From the human T2T-CHM13v2.0 reference genome, Homo sapiens, in NCBI RefSeq assembly GCF_009914755.1, contig NC_060946.1: a stretch of DNA of 64,000 nt; one strand, 5' to 3'. The notes under the pieces are model-generated. The model was not told the origin of the DNA and searched no databases. It saw nothing but the letters and a program-made list of their open reading frames with translations. This document shows, piece by piece, positions 23,161-42,410 of this stretch. The number at the start of each line of letters is the position of its first letter. Position 1 is the first letter of the stretch. The position numbers were made by a program, and so were the translations under genes.

Positions 23161-24644
23161 TGGTTGATCCCGGCTAGTTTTATATTTTTGAGCCCTCAAA
23201 GTTACAAAATGTCAGTGGAGCCTTTGTGTGTTTTGTGTCAGTGGAGCCAAAGAGATGGATACTCCCAACAATACAAATATTTTATATGAAGAATGATTTA
23301 GATTGTCAGAATCGTTCTAAGACTACTTGTAGATGTTATTCTAATGTAAGTTGTAACTAACGTATTATCCAAAACAGCTCTTTTTCTTGACAGATATATA
23401 TATAAAGTCTGAGAAGTAATGATAGAGGTTTGTTGGCATAAATCTTAAGGGAAATGAGTCCTTAGAAAATTTACCAACGTAGATGGGCTTTGGAATTTTG
23501 CCAAAGCTTCTTCAGATGGAAAAGTTAAGTTCATAGGAGCTCAGCTCAGCAGCAGCTGTGTCTCAGAAGGTAAAATATTGCTTGAGGGGGCAGAATAATT
23601 TGTAACTGATGTGACCCCCTGCCCCCACCAAAAAAAAAGTGAAACAAAAAAATACAATCAATATAGACATCATGATGCAGCCAATTTTTGTAATAGGTCT
23701 CTGAGCAATTGTCAACCTGATTTTTACTTAGGTCTACCACCAAAGTAAAGTTATGTTTGTATTTTATTTTACATTTATTTTGATACGTTCCTTTACTTAG
23801 TTTTTTACTTAGTTCCTACCACCAAAGCAAAGTTATATTTGTATTTTATTTTACATTTATTTTGTTATATTCCTTTTATCTACTTAGGTTTCTTCTCTAC
23901 TTCCCTTTTTAATTGAAGAGTTTAATGCATGTATCTGTGTGTTTGCTTGAAAAAAAACACCAAGTATAACATGTTCTATCTATGAATACTTCTGGCCATT
24001 AACTCAAAAGGTACTATATTACAGACAGAAAAGCACCAGAAAGCAATCAGGGACTTCATCTAAGAGGTAGGACAGCATAGTTGGTAAAAATACAGACCCT
24101 GGAGGCAAACTGCCTGGGCTTGAATCCCAGCTTTATTACTTTGGGAAAACTACTTATCTTCTTTACTTGTTTTGGTATCCATGTCTGTGAAATGGAAGTA
24201 ATAATAATCCTCTCATAGCATTGTTGTGAGGTTTCAATAGATGAAGTGAAGACTTTAGAAGGGCACATGATAAGAATTATATAAGGGTTACCTATTATTG
24301 CTATCCAATTTGTCATAGCAAGCTAAGGGACCTTGGGCAAGTTACTCAAACCCTTTGGCTTCATTTATTTAAAAACAAAAACAAAAAAGACGCAGTTCTC
24401 TGCTTCTTTGTGCATATTTAAACTCATGGTTTATCCCATGAGTTTTATATTTTTGAGCCCTCGAAATTACTCCTTTGCATTTTATGTCAGTGAAGCCAAA
24501 GAGACAGATACTCTCAACAACACAAATATTTTGTATTAAAAACTATTTAGATTGTTAGAATGGTTCCGAGGCTACTTGTAGATATTATTCTTCTAATATG
24601 ATAAGTTGTAAGTAATATATTATCCAAAACAGCTCTTTTTCTTT
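23161..24644 (+). repeat. Older ~225-bp direct duplication (23161-23388 and 24427-24644) enclosing an ~81-bp tandem duplication (23721-23888)
   Basis: Shared blocks agttttatatttttgagccctc, ctacttgtagat and tattatccaaaacagctctttttctt. The inner unit ctaccaccaaag.aaagttat.tttgtattttattttacatttattttg occurs twice. Confidence 0.9.
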
Positions 24645-24755
24645 TAGTGAAAGCCTGCTCTTCATTATGACATTAATTATTAAGAGAGGCTCGGCCGAGC
24701 ATGGTGGCTAACGCCTGTAATACCAGCACTTTGGGAGGCCGAGGTGGGTGACTCA

Positions 24756-25414
<659 letters not shown>

Positions 25415-25802
25415 TCAGGTGGCTGAGGCAGGAGAATCTCTTGAACCCAGGTTGCAGAACCCAGGAGCTGAGATTGTGCTGCTGCACTCCAGCCTAGGCA
25501 ACAGAGTGCTATTAAAACAAAAGAAAACATTGACCGGGTGCAGTGGCTCACTCCTGTAATCCCAGCACTTTGGGAGGCCGAGGCAGGCAGATTGCCCAAG
25601 TCCAGGAGCTCAAGACCAGCCTGGGCAACATGGTGAGTGAGAGCCCATCTCTACAAAAAATATAAAAATTAACTGGAAGTAATCTGTGGTCCCATTTACT
25701 CAGGAGGCTGAGGCAGGAGGATCACTTGAGCCTGGGAGGTCAAGGCTGCAGTAAGCCAAGATTGCGCCACTGACCTCCAGCCTGGGTAACAGTAAGACCT
25801 TG

Positions 25803-25837
<35 letters not shown>

Positions 25838-27017
25838 CTGCTATTTTTATATTTTTGTTTTATGTGAATTGGTCCCCAGGAGTAAAAGCTTAGTAATCTG
25901 TTCTTTCTTGTAAGACTTCTTACATAACAGCACAGAATGTTCAGTGAATCTTCATTAAAATGTCACGTCCTAAATACAGAAATACATTGTAAGGTAGGGA
26001 GGCCATGACAGCAAGACATAAAGCTATTTAATCTGAATTGGCCGGGTGCAGTGGCTCACACCTGTAATCCCAGCACTTCGGGAGGCCGAGGCAGGCAGAT
26101 CATTTGAGGTCAGGACTTTGAGACCAGCAACATGGTGAATCCCTGTCTCTACTAAAAATTAAAAAAAAAAATTCTCCGGGCATGGTGGCGCACACCTGTA
26201 ATCTTAGCTGCTCCGGAGGCTGAGGCAGGGGAATCGCTTGAACTTGGGAGGCGGAGGTTGCGGTGAGCTGAGATCACGCCACTGCACTCCAGCCTGGGTG
26301 ACAGAGCAAGACTCTGTCTCAAAAAAAAGTAAATAAAAATAAAAAATAAATAAATGCCTGTAATCCCAGCACTTTGGGAGGCCGAGGTGGGCAGATCACG
26401 AGGTCAGGAGATCGAGACCATCCTGGCTAACACGGTGAAACCCCGTCTCTACTAAAAATACAAAAAAATTAGCCGGGCGTGGTGGTGGGCACCCATAGTT
26501 CCAGCTACTCGGGAGGCTGAGGCAGGAGAATGGTGTGAATCCAAGAGGCGGAGCTTGCAGTGAGTCAAGATCGAGCCACTGCACTCTAGGCTGGGCGACA
26601 GAGCGAGACTCCGTCTCAAAAAAAATAAAAATAAAAAAAAATAAATAAATAAATCTGAATTGGCTTTTAAACAATATATTACGCCAAAGTTGTGATCAGA
26701 CAAACTTGATCTAATGTCTTAGATGAGATGAAAAGATCCTCTAGATGTGGAACAAAGAACGTTCTTCAATCTTTTGTTAACTTTGAGCTGTTAAAAATAA
26801 GGGGAAAAGCCAGGCGTGGTGGTGCGGTGGCTCATGCCTGTAATCCCAGCAACTCAAGAGGCTGAGGTGGGAGGATCTATTGAGCCCAGGATTTTCAGGC
26901 TGTAGTGAGTTACGATTATGCCACTGCACTGTAGCCCCTGGGTGACAGAGTGAGACCCTCATTAAAAAATAATCATAAGAGGAAGAGACATTTTACTTTT
27001 AATTTTCAGTTTGTTGA

Positions 27018-27221
<204 letters not shown>

Positions 27222-29139
27222 TAGAGGTGCAATTTTGCCATGCTGCCCAGGCTGGTCACAAAATCCTGGGCTCAAGTGATTGCCTGCCTCTGCCTCCCAG
27301 AGTGCTAAGGTTACAGGCGTGAGCCACCACACCCAGCCATGATGGTACTTTTGAAATTTCCATTTTACTTACTTGGCTTAGAGCCCTAAAGGTCTGTTTA
27401 CTGAGAACTAAAATTCTTAGTGTTTTCGTTATGACTCTTGTTTTTGTTTTTGCTTATTTAATCAGTTACTGCTATTAGAGGCTCTGTTTTTAGAAGTGCA
27501 GGTAAGTAACCTGTTGAGAATTCCTATCAGTTGTCACTTGAGACCTCTCTGATCACTGGATGACCCTTCTGTTTGAAGAACTGTGTAATTGTAAGGCACA
27601 TCTTTTGACATGGCATGAAAACAGATTACAAAACTTGTATAGTATGAATAGAAAGTGAGAGCAGAGGTGACTCCAAGATTAAGAATAAAGAACATAAGAA
27701 ATTATGTTCCTTGTCTCCAGGTAACTCAAGTTTGGAGGTGGGAGTTTAATAACGTTTTTTGAAGGTTTTTTTTTTTTGGTGTAAATTTTTAATGTAAGTG
27801 AAAGACTAGGAAGAGTACACTGTTTTAAGCCACTTGTAGTGAAGTAACTGATGTTCTTTGACTATTTTTCGTAACTCTGAAATGCAAATTATTTGATAAA
27901 ATTGGATGATCTTCTCATGGTGAGACTGTGACAGATTTACTCAGTATTGTATATTAACTTTCCCAACTTGTTCTTCATTTAACAAAAAGACTTAGCCTAG
28001 TTTTAAAATGTTGATAGTTTCAATAATGAAAAAAGTTTAATCCTCCACAATGCCTCATCACTTTCCTGTTAGTGACATTACATTACAGAGATTTGAGGAT
28101 GGAGGATTACAAAGCTGCTAAGCCATAGTATTAGTTTCTCATTTGGAAATTTTGAAAGAGCAAATAAATAACATAAGTGTACTACAGTTAATAAGGGACA
28201 AATGGGAACTTTGTGCTACCTTATACTACCATTTTCTTCTTCCTTGTAAAATTACTCTGTACCTGAGCCTTTCTTTCTGATCTTCACAAAATGGAGGTTT
28301 TTGAAGACATGACTTAATAAACAGATAAGCCTTTGGGTATATAAATTATGTGACACAGTAATTCCTTAGTAACAGATGTTAGAGGATCTGCATGACTCAT
28401 TCGGATTATGTTCTGGCAAAAAGATAGGTAAATACAACTTTACAGGAAAATTTAGCTTAACTGTTGATATGGCTTTGGTGAGTGGGTTCTCCTCCGTCTT
28501 GGACCTCCAGTCTTTCAGGAAGATTACAGAAATGTTTCCCTAAGTAAACAGTAGCTATTTTAATTCATGTTGCCTACTGTCATTCTTTGTTATGGTGACT
28601 TACCAAGAATCAGCAAAGTTTGGGATATTACTGAAGTGATTGTAAATATTCAGTGGATGAAGCGATTTACCTTACAGTTAATGAAATGTCTAAATCATCT
28701 TACCTATGCCTGTTCATTGTGCCAGAGTATGTATGGGCTTCGGGTATGGGAGAGATCAAGAATAAGGTTAAATCGATTACAGCAGAATTATACCCTTTTA
28801 CATTTAACCAGATATAATGCCTGGGTCCTACCTTTATTAAGGATTCTAATTTAATTGTTATGGGTTGTAATGTGCTTCTAGGTAGCAAAGTTTGAGGACC
28901 TCCATGTTACATAATCTCCCCAACTGCATAACAGACTCTTGAAACAGAGATTATAATAATCTTACATTTCTCTCTTCAACATAAGAATGTGACTATGAAT
29001 TGATTAGATGCTGATTCTGTACGTACTAGTTAAACACACCCTAAACATAAAAGAGCCAATTATTTAGTTGCTCAAACTAAACAAATATCAAGAAAGCCAT
29101 GGTAAAGTACAGTTCTTTAGTAGGTATTGTAGAATATAG

Positions 29140-29582
<443 letters not shown>

Positions 29583-29847
29583 ATACAAAGAAAAAAAATG
29601 GGCCAGGCACAGTGGCTCATGCTTGTAATCCCAACAGTTTGGGAGGCCGAGGCGGGCGAATCACTTGAGGTCAGGAGTTCGAGACCAGCCTGGCCAACAC
29701 CATGGTGATACCCTATTTCTACCAAAAGTATTTTAAAAAAATTAGCCAGGTGTGGCTGGGCGCGGAGGCTCACACCTGTAATCCCAGCACTTTGGGAGGC
29801 CGAGGCAGGTGGATCACGAGGTCAGGAGATCGAGACCATCCTGGCTA

Positions 29848-30318
<471 letters not shown>

Positions 30319-30857
30319 TCAGCTTAGGTAGCTTGGGGGGACCATGACTCAACAGTAACAAAAGACCTCTACTAGAACGTAGAAAGGTGTTTATTATGTT
30401 TTGAATCTTGTATATTTGAACCGTTTATGATATATCCTAAACTGAGCTTTGGTTATGATCTGAGATTATTCAGTCTTGTTTAGACCTCCACTGAGTGTCT
30501 TTCTTCTTTGTTTATAGTAGAAGTTGGAAAACGTATATTTCCTCTTCAGAGAGACTTGCAGGTCTAGAATGGCAGGTTATGGTACACGTTATGTTGCACA
30601 TAAAGAGTGTTCTGGCCGGGCATGGTGGCTCATGCCTATAATCCCAGCACTTTGAGAGGATCACTGAAGCCCAGAAATTTGAGACCAGCCTGGGCAACAT
30701 AGCAAGACCTCGTCTCTACTAAAAATCATAAGGAAAAGAAAAGAATGTTTCATCAATGTGGGCAAAGATGCAGAAAGAGAAGTGACAGCTATTCAGTGGA
30801 AAAGACCCCAGGTCCAAGAACTGGGCCAGCCTTATTAAGTTTCCAAAGACTTCAGTG

Positions 30858-30864
<7 letters not shown>

Positions 30865-30912
<48 letters not shown>

Positions 30913-30917
30913 TTTTT
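30865..30917. repeat. (TA)n microsatellite abutting an Alu poly(T) tail
   Basis: About 15 TA units followed by about 23 T. Confidence 0.95.
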
Positions 30918-32880
30918 GAGGTAGGGTCTCGGTTACCCAGGCTGGAGTACAGTGGTGCAGACTTGGCTCACTACAACCTCCACTTCCCAGGCTCTAGGAA
31001 TCCTCCTACCTCAGCCTCCTGAGTAGCTGGGACTACAGGCATGCGCAACCACTCCCAGCCAATTTTGGTATTTTTTGTAGAGATAGGATCTCACTGTGTC
31101 ACCCAGGGTAGTCTCGAACTCCTGGGCTCAAACAATCCACCCACCTCGGCCTCCCAAAGTGCTGGGATTACAGGCGTCAGCCACTGCACCCAGCCTATAT
31201 TAATGTAACTATACATAACATTATATTAATATAATAAAATATGTATTGAATCCTGTGAGGCACATGGGAAGAGTGTGGCTGAGAAAAGTGAAACCAGTGC
31301 AACAAAAATATAAAAATATATCCTTAGTCTCCAGGAGCTTAGAGTTATAAGGCAGATCCACACTATTTCCTGTATGTTTTATAGCAAGGAGTAACAGATA
31401 AATCCTATGAGTTTAGAAGTAACAAGAAGGATTCAGATGGGCAGAATTGGGAGAGCATTCTGGACTTTCTGGATTGATGGGACAGTGTGACTTCAGTCAT
31501 TCTGTTTGGGGGTTGGAATTGTTTTTAGCACCAGTGCTGTGTGACCTTGGACAACAAAGACACAGGTACAGTTCAGAGGTATGGAAATACAGAGATGAAT
31601 AAAGAGCTGTACCTAACAGTACTTGATGTTTAGAGCTTTTATATCAAAGATGGGACCAACTTTCTCATCATCCAAGCATTTATTGAGCATTACTGTTTGC
31701 TCAGCATATGTTAGGCATTACCTGGGGGATAACAAAGAAGTTTAAAGCATGTTTTCTCCCTTGAAGCATTTATAATGTCATTGAGAAGATGACTAATACA
31801 TGTGAAAAAATTAGTGAGAAGTATGGTACAAAATAGATATTTTGATAGTTTGTGTGGTCCAGACTCAGTGCCGTCTAGGAGTTCAGGAGGAATAAGAGAG
31901 GAAGATTAAGTACAGTGGAACTTAAGCCAGACCCTGCTGGAGCCGGATCAGGGTCTTAAACTGGGGTCCATAGATGTGCTTCAGGGAGTCTAAAATTCCC
32001 TCTAAAATGGTATGCTGCTTTGTGTGAAAGCACAGTTTTAAGGCAGAGAGGTCTTAATACCTTTCATCATATTTGCAAAACCTTTTCTGCTCCCCTAAAA
32101 TGTTAATACCAGTATCTATGTGAATAAGGAGACAGCGCTTGGGAATTTAGTATGGCATTTGTAGGGCACAATGAGTAACCTGCCAGGAGAAGCCTCCCCT
32201 CCCATAGGAAACACCTAGCACACAATTACAGAGAGATTTGGGTGAAATGATGGCCCTAGCGATAGAGAAGAAAGATTGACTTTACCTCCTCTAATGCCCT
32301 TCACTGTGCTGTAGCCTTTCAAAAATTTATGTTTGGTTTCCTAGGAAAACATTAATGTGCTCAAGAAGGGATAATGTATCATTCTAAATATTGTATGAGT
32401 TTGCCGGCTTGCTTTTTAACTGAGTCAGAAAATTATAAATAGACTTCAAATGTAGAACTACTTTATTTTGTAACATTCAAACTGAGCCTTTATGTAATGG
32501 CCGGATGGTACCTTAGATTCATCTTTTCTCCTCTAAGTAATTGATGGTGTGTAAGAGGTGCCATATTGTGGGACAGGGTCTTGAATTCATGTCTCAGCAA
32601 GACTGAGGGGGAAACATGCACCTTTTATGAGATAGAGGCTGATAGAGGCAATGTTTTATATCAAGAAAGGTACTGATATTTTACTTCTCGTTCATTGGCC
32701 TAATCTTTCCTCCTCCAGCTCCAGCTTTGCCTTTCTTCACCCCCTGTCCTATGCTTTGGCATACAGAAGAGCCAGTAGTCTGCATATATGATGATACTTT
32801 TCAGCACCATGTTTTTGTTTATGCTTTTCCTTCTGCCTGGAATATCTTGCTCATCTTTGATCTGCTGGTTTTCTCTTTCA

Positions 32881-33135
<255 letters not shown>

Positions 33136-34595
33136 TCATGTTCCCAGAGTACCCTGTTTGTCTCCAATGCTATTTCTTTTTTTTGTAGAGATGGGGTCTT
33201 ACCATCTTACCCAGGTGGTCTCTAATTCCTGGGCTCAAGCTTATCCTCCTGCCTGGGCGTCCAAAAGTGCTGGGATTTAAGGTGTGAGACAACAATGCCC
33301 GGCCTCTGTTACTGTATTTTAAACTCTTTGAAGATAGAGATTGTTTTATTACCAGCACCTAAAGAGCACAGTTCCTGATAAGAAGAAGCCAGGAATTGGA
33401 GAAACCCAATATGATTCCCAGATTTTTGGCTTAACTTACTGTTTTTTTTATATCATCCAAGTTGGATTGCAGGCTTTTAGGAGTCTTTGCATTGCTTCTT
33501 ATGAAAGACAACGATTGAGGCCAGGCGTGGTGGCTCACACTTGTAATCCTAACACTTTGGTAGGCCAAAGCAGGCAGATTGCTTAAGATCAGGAATTTGA
33601 GACCAGCCTGGGCAACATGGCAAAACACTGTCTCTACAAAAAATGTAAAAATTAGCCAGTCATGATGGTGCATGCCTGTGGTCCTAGCTACTCTGAAGGC
33701 TGAAGTAGGAGGGTTGCTTGAGCCCTGGGGGCAGAGGTTGCAGTGAGCTGTGTTCTCGCCACAGCACTCTAGCCTGGGCAACAGAGAGAGACCCTGGCTC
33801 GAAAAGAAGAGAAGAGAAAAGAAAAGAACAGGAGGGGAGGGAAGGGGAAGATTGCTTATATTAGAGTAATACAGGGAGGGAGGGAGGGAAAAGAAGATTG
33901 CTTACATTAGAGTAATACCAGAAAATGTTGATGGAAGGGAAGAGATGTATTTAGATATTAGAAGATATATTTAGGAATAAATACATTGAGATATATTTAG
34001 TACTTAATGATTAAATAAAAGGAGGGGAAAATGATGAGATAGATGCTAGCCAAAATATTAGGTATGGGGTAAGACAGAAGTGATGTAGAGTTAGTACTTG
34101 TAGTTTATAGTCTTCAGTACGACAAGCATTCTCTTCTGGCTGGCTGTATTGCGTGAGTTCTGCAGTTGATGGATATATAGACTTTATGTACTGCATTTGG
34201 TTGTGAGGTACTCTTTGTTAGCATTCATTATTGATGATGGTCCCAGAAATGTGTAATGGTTTTACATTATGCCTATACTAATGAAAATGTAATGAGAGTT
34301 TGAAAGAGATGAAATCCCGTAAGATTATAGCAGTGACAGTCTGTTTTAGCCATGTGGGGTTTGAAGTCTGGGAAAGGAATCCATATGAGGAATGGCACTA
34401 ATGGCAGAGATCTTTTTGAAGATTTTTAAAAATTATTAATTAGCATAGACTACTAGTTCCTCTCATAGACCTACTTTTTAGGACACCTTGTTTATCTCCC
34501 TGTTTCCTTTAGTCTCAACCCAATTACAAGCACCTTGCAATTATATCAGTATCTAATTTTGTAGCAGTCTTATTTAAGAATTAAAAACGCGGTCA

Positions 34596-35870
<1,275 letters not shown>

Positions 35871-35871
35871 T

Positions 35872-35873
35872 TT

Positions 35874-35913
<40 letters not shown>

Positions 35914-35914
35914 T
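35872..35914. repeat. (TTTC)n microsatellite (Alu tail)
   Basis: About 10 tandem tttc units. Confidence 0.95.
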
Positions 35915-35920
35915 CGTTAG

Positions 35921-36025
<105 letters not shown>

Positions 36026-36108
36026 TGAGTAGCTGAGTAGCTGGGACTACAGGTGTACATCACCAAGACCAGCTAATTTTTTAAATTTTTTAATTTTTCT
36101 TTTTTTGA

Positions 36109-36276
<168 letters not shown>

Positions 36277-36688
36277 TAGTAGAGATGGGGTTTCTCCATG
36301 TTGATCAGGCTGGTCTCGAACTCCTGACCTCAGGCGATCAGCCTGCCTCCGCCTCCCAAAGTGCTGGGATTACAGGCGTGAGCCACCGTGCCCGGCCTTA
36401 ATTTTTTTTTTTTTTTTAGAGGCGGGATCTCACTGTGTTGCCCAGGTTGGTTTCAAATTCCTGGGCTGAAGTGATCCTCTCTCCTTTGCCTTCCAAAATG
36501 TTGGGATTATAGGTGTGAGCCACTGTGCCTGGCTATGAATTTTTATGTTATGTGAATTTTATGAATATGAATCTCAATACTAAAAGAATAAAAAGTTTTT
36601 AAAAATTGATAATAACAGGCCGGGCGCGGTGGCTCACGCCTGTATTCCCAGAACTTTAGGAGGCCGAGGCGGGTGGATCACGAGGTCA

Positions 36689-36970
<282 letters not shown>

Positions 36971-37280
36971 TCAGGAGCCTCTTCACCTGATTCAAATTGT
37001 TCCACAGTTCCTGTGGGGATTGTTGAGTATCTACTAATCTCATGTTCCCAGGAAGTAGCAGAGCCCTGTTCATATTTACATTCTTTTAGTTTTTAAATTT
37101 TTGTTATTTTTTAATTTAAAAAATTTTGTTATGCTGCAAAAAGCTTTATTCCATTTAGTCCAGGGCTTGGGAGAGGGCTTCAGGGTGGTTAAAAAAATAC
37201 ATTCTTTTAAATAAATGGAAATAGTTTTTTTTTTTAAGTCATGACACTTATAAGAAATTTTTTTTTTTTTTTTTTTTTGA

Positions 37281-37600
<320 letters not shown>

Positions 37601-38103
37601 TAGCCAGGATGGTCTCGATCTCCTGACCTCGTGATCTGCCCTGCTCGGCCTCCCAAAGTGCTGGGATTACAGGCATGAGCCACCGCGCCCGGCCAAGAAA
37701 TTTTTATGATGCACACTTTTCTTGTTACCTTGCCCCTTAGAAATAACTCATAATGGTTTGGTGTACGTTTTTCTAAACATGTGTTTTGCTTATATAAACA
37801 TTTTATTATGTATAAATATATGCAAATAAGTAGATATGTATATATGTGCATTTAGTAAATAGGATCATACCATCCATTTTCCCACAGAGTTATCTTTGCC
37901 ACAAATCATGTGACCTTATATATCTAGTTCTGGATTCTATTTTATTTAATTGGTCTAATTGCCTCTGTTTTTTTTGGAATTGAGACAAGATCTTGCTCTG
38001 TCATCCAGGCTGGACTACAGTGGCACGATCATAGCTCAGTGCAGACTCAAACTCCTGGGCTCAAGGGATCATCCCATTTCAGCCTCCTGAGTTGAGTAGA
38101 TGA

Positions 38104-38295
<192 letters not shown>

Positions 38296-39450
38296 TAAGC
38301 TCTTACCATGCTTATACAATCAGTGTGCCTTTGTAATGGGTTGAGTAGATACCTGGTAGTGTCAGCTCTCAAACTGTTGTTTTTCAAGATCAGCTTAATT
38401 TCCTTGGCCTTTTTAAATTGCTATATAGATTTTAGAATTAATTAGTTGTCAATTTCCATAAGAAAAAACCTGGTAGGATTTTATATTGGAGATTGTATTG
38501 AACCAAAGGGTTAATCTGGGAATAGCTGACATCTTTACAATAGTTTTCCAATCTATGAGCATGATATATATATCCCTTTAGGATATCTTTAATTTCTTTC
38601 AATAATACTTTGTAGTTTTTTATGTAGAGTTATTGTACAATATGGGCTTCCTTCCACATTGGACTTAAAAATGTACTTCTTTTTTAATAGTAGTTAAATA
38701 GTTTGGATGAACCATATATATTTTTAAACTTTCCTGAGGGTATTGAAGACTGTTTGAAATCCTTCTGTATTAAAAATGATGCTAATGAAAATCCTTGCAA
38801 AATGTGTAAGCTTGAGACCTGATTACAGCTTCCGGTTAGGATCTCCATGTCTTTGCTTACTTAGCTGAACCAAACCCTCCCTGTGTCTCTCTCTATCTGT
38901 CCCTCTCCCTCTCTCCCTCTCTCTTTCTCCCTCTCCTGAATGCATCCTCTTCTGGACCATTCCAGTGGTCCTTACCCTGAGGCTGGGGCAAGCTGTCATC
39001 CTCAAAAGCTGGGAGGCCTAGAAGCCCTCTCTTCCAAGCCAATGGGCCCTCCAATTTTCCTAATTGTATACTGCAGTACTGTAATTTTTAAAGACAGATT
39101 TTACTTTACAGTTTTGTGTTATCTCTGCTTAGAAGAGATGGAGGAGGAAGGAAAAGTTTGTAAATTACCTTCTTTAGCCAAGGGAGGGTATTGTTTCCAT
39201 TTGTTTTCACTTCCTTATTGTCCCATCCAGTTGGTATTTTAGAATAGCTCTTTGTCCTACCACCATACCACCAAAAACAACAATTAAAATGACAACACAA
39301 ACAATAGCAAGTTATGAAATAGCATAACTTACTGATTACTTCCTATGTACAAAGTACTAATCTAAGCACTATAAATACTATACCTCGGGCCGGGCGCGGT
39401 GTCTCACGCCTGTAATCCCAGCACTTTGGGAGGCCGAGGTAGGTGGATCA

Positions 39451-39741
<291 letters not shown>

Positions 39742-39887
39742 TCACACCTATAATCTCAGCACTTTGGGACACTGAGGTGGGAGAATTGCTTGAAGCCAGG
39801 AGTTTGAGACCAGCCTGGGCAACATAGAGAGACCCGTCTCTACAAAAAATAAAAAAACTTAGCTGAGTGCAGTGGCCCATGCTGTTA

Positions 39888-40037
<150 letters not shown>

Positions 40038-41441
40038 TCAGTCATCCCCATTTTATTTGTGAAGAAATTGAAGTCTAAAAGTTTAAGCAAGGTATCCAGA
40101 TTCGCACAGCTGGTACACAGTTGGAGCTGGGATACAAGCCAGTTGTTTTTGACTGTGAATTTTGTGGTCATACTGTATTATTTTAACCCCCTGATTATTC
40201 CATACTCATAGAACATCCTTGATGCTTACCAGGGCCTCTGAAGTGGCTGGAGCAAGGGTCGAGGTAGAAAGTGGTGCAGTATGATGCCGACATCATGGTC
40301 GTGTGATTTATTTGTATTTCTTATTTCCTTTTTTATGGGGCTGATAGACTTTTGATTTATGTTAGATCCTTGATGTATGTAGAAAGTTTTTGGTTTTGGT
40401 TGAAGAATGAAATTATCCTACTTCAGTTGAATAGCAACCATAATCATAAAATGAAGTAGAAATTAATTTGCTTTACATATTCCATTCAGATTCCCTGTAG
40501 CTTTTACGAGTGTTGTCTAGCCTTTGTATGACAATTTCTGTACATCTCTGTGACATTCCATTCCATTGGTTCTCTTCCTGTCCTTTTATTGCGCCTTACC
40601 CTCTGGGTTGGCCTAGCCCCTTGTGCATACACCTGTCATAAAGCTTTCTGTATCATATTGAAGTTAGTTATTCATATGTCAGGCTTCACAGCTGCCTAGT
40701 AAATTCTGTAAGAATAGACCCATTCTTTCTCGTAGCCCTTGTGCCTGACACAACCCTGATAAGCAGTAGGCACACGGTGGCCTGTTATTAATAGACATGG
40801 ACACAAGGCCTGTGCTGTAGGGCTTTATTGCTTTCACTCAGACTTCCTGACAAAAGAAGCAAGAGTCTCCGTGTCTGCAGCATTTCTCCATTCTGGCTCT
40901 GCCATCAGAGGAATTTTAAAGCAAAGCTCTGATTATAATTTTGTACCTCAGAGATGTCAGTGACAAACCATCGCCTGTTGGATAAAGTCCATATTTCTTA
41001 GCTGTCATTCAGGTTCCTCCATGGTCCTGTCCTCACTGACCTTCTATTCTTCATGGGCACTCTGCATTAATTAAACAGGGCTCTGTCCTTATCTTCTTTT
41101 TTTTCTGTCTCTGTGCTTTTGCCTGCATTGTGTCTTCTGTGTACCCTTCGCCTGCCAAAATCTTACCCATTCTTCAGATGTCTGATAGAAATGCTAGTCC
41201 CTCCGTGAGGCTTTCTGTGATCTCCCTGCTTTCTCTGACCTCTACCCAAAGAGGTCTTTTTCCCATCTGAACTTTTTTTCTTCTTCTTCTAAGGAAAGCA
41301 ACACTGCCATATGAACTCTTAATGGCACTTGGACTATGACATAGCATTATTTGTATACCCTACTAAGTGATAAATTCCTTGAGCACAAGGTCTTGCCTTT
41401 GTTTTCTCTGCTGTTTTGCATTAATTACTGCATTGAACATA

Positions 41442-42161
<720 letters not shown>

Positions 42162-42410
42162 TGTGTGAATTACACTGAATGTATATTAACTTAGGATTTT
42201 TTAGTTTCAAGGAGACTGCTCAGAAGACTGTCAAAAATTCTTTCTCTGCATTGGCCTACAAATACATGCATTCCATTCGGAAACTATGTAGGTTTAAACA
42301 GTGTTTCATTCCTAGAACTTCAGTTTAGGAAAGAATTTGCTTTCCAGATTGATGTTTATGTTTTAAATAGTTACCATTCTTTATTATTGACGCTTGTCCT
42401 TCGTTTCTAG

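Noticed and set aside
23516-23570. Possible small exon (cttcttcag|ATGG...GAAG|gtaaaa)
   Set aside because: Weak polypyrimidine tract and donor, with no other support.
33848-33918. 26-bp direct repeat gaagattgctta(t/c)attagagtaatac around a purine tract
   Set aside because: Most simply slippage next to an Alu tail; no sign of function.
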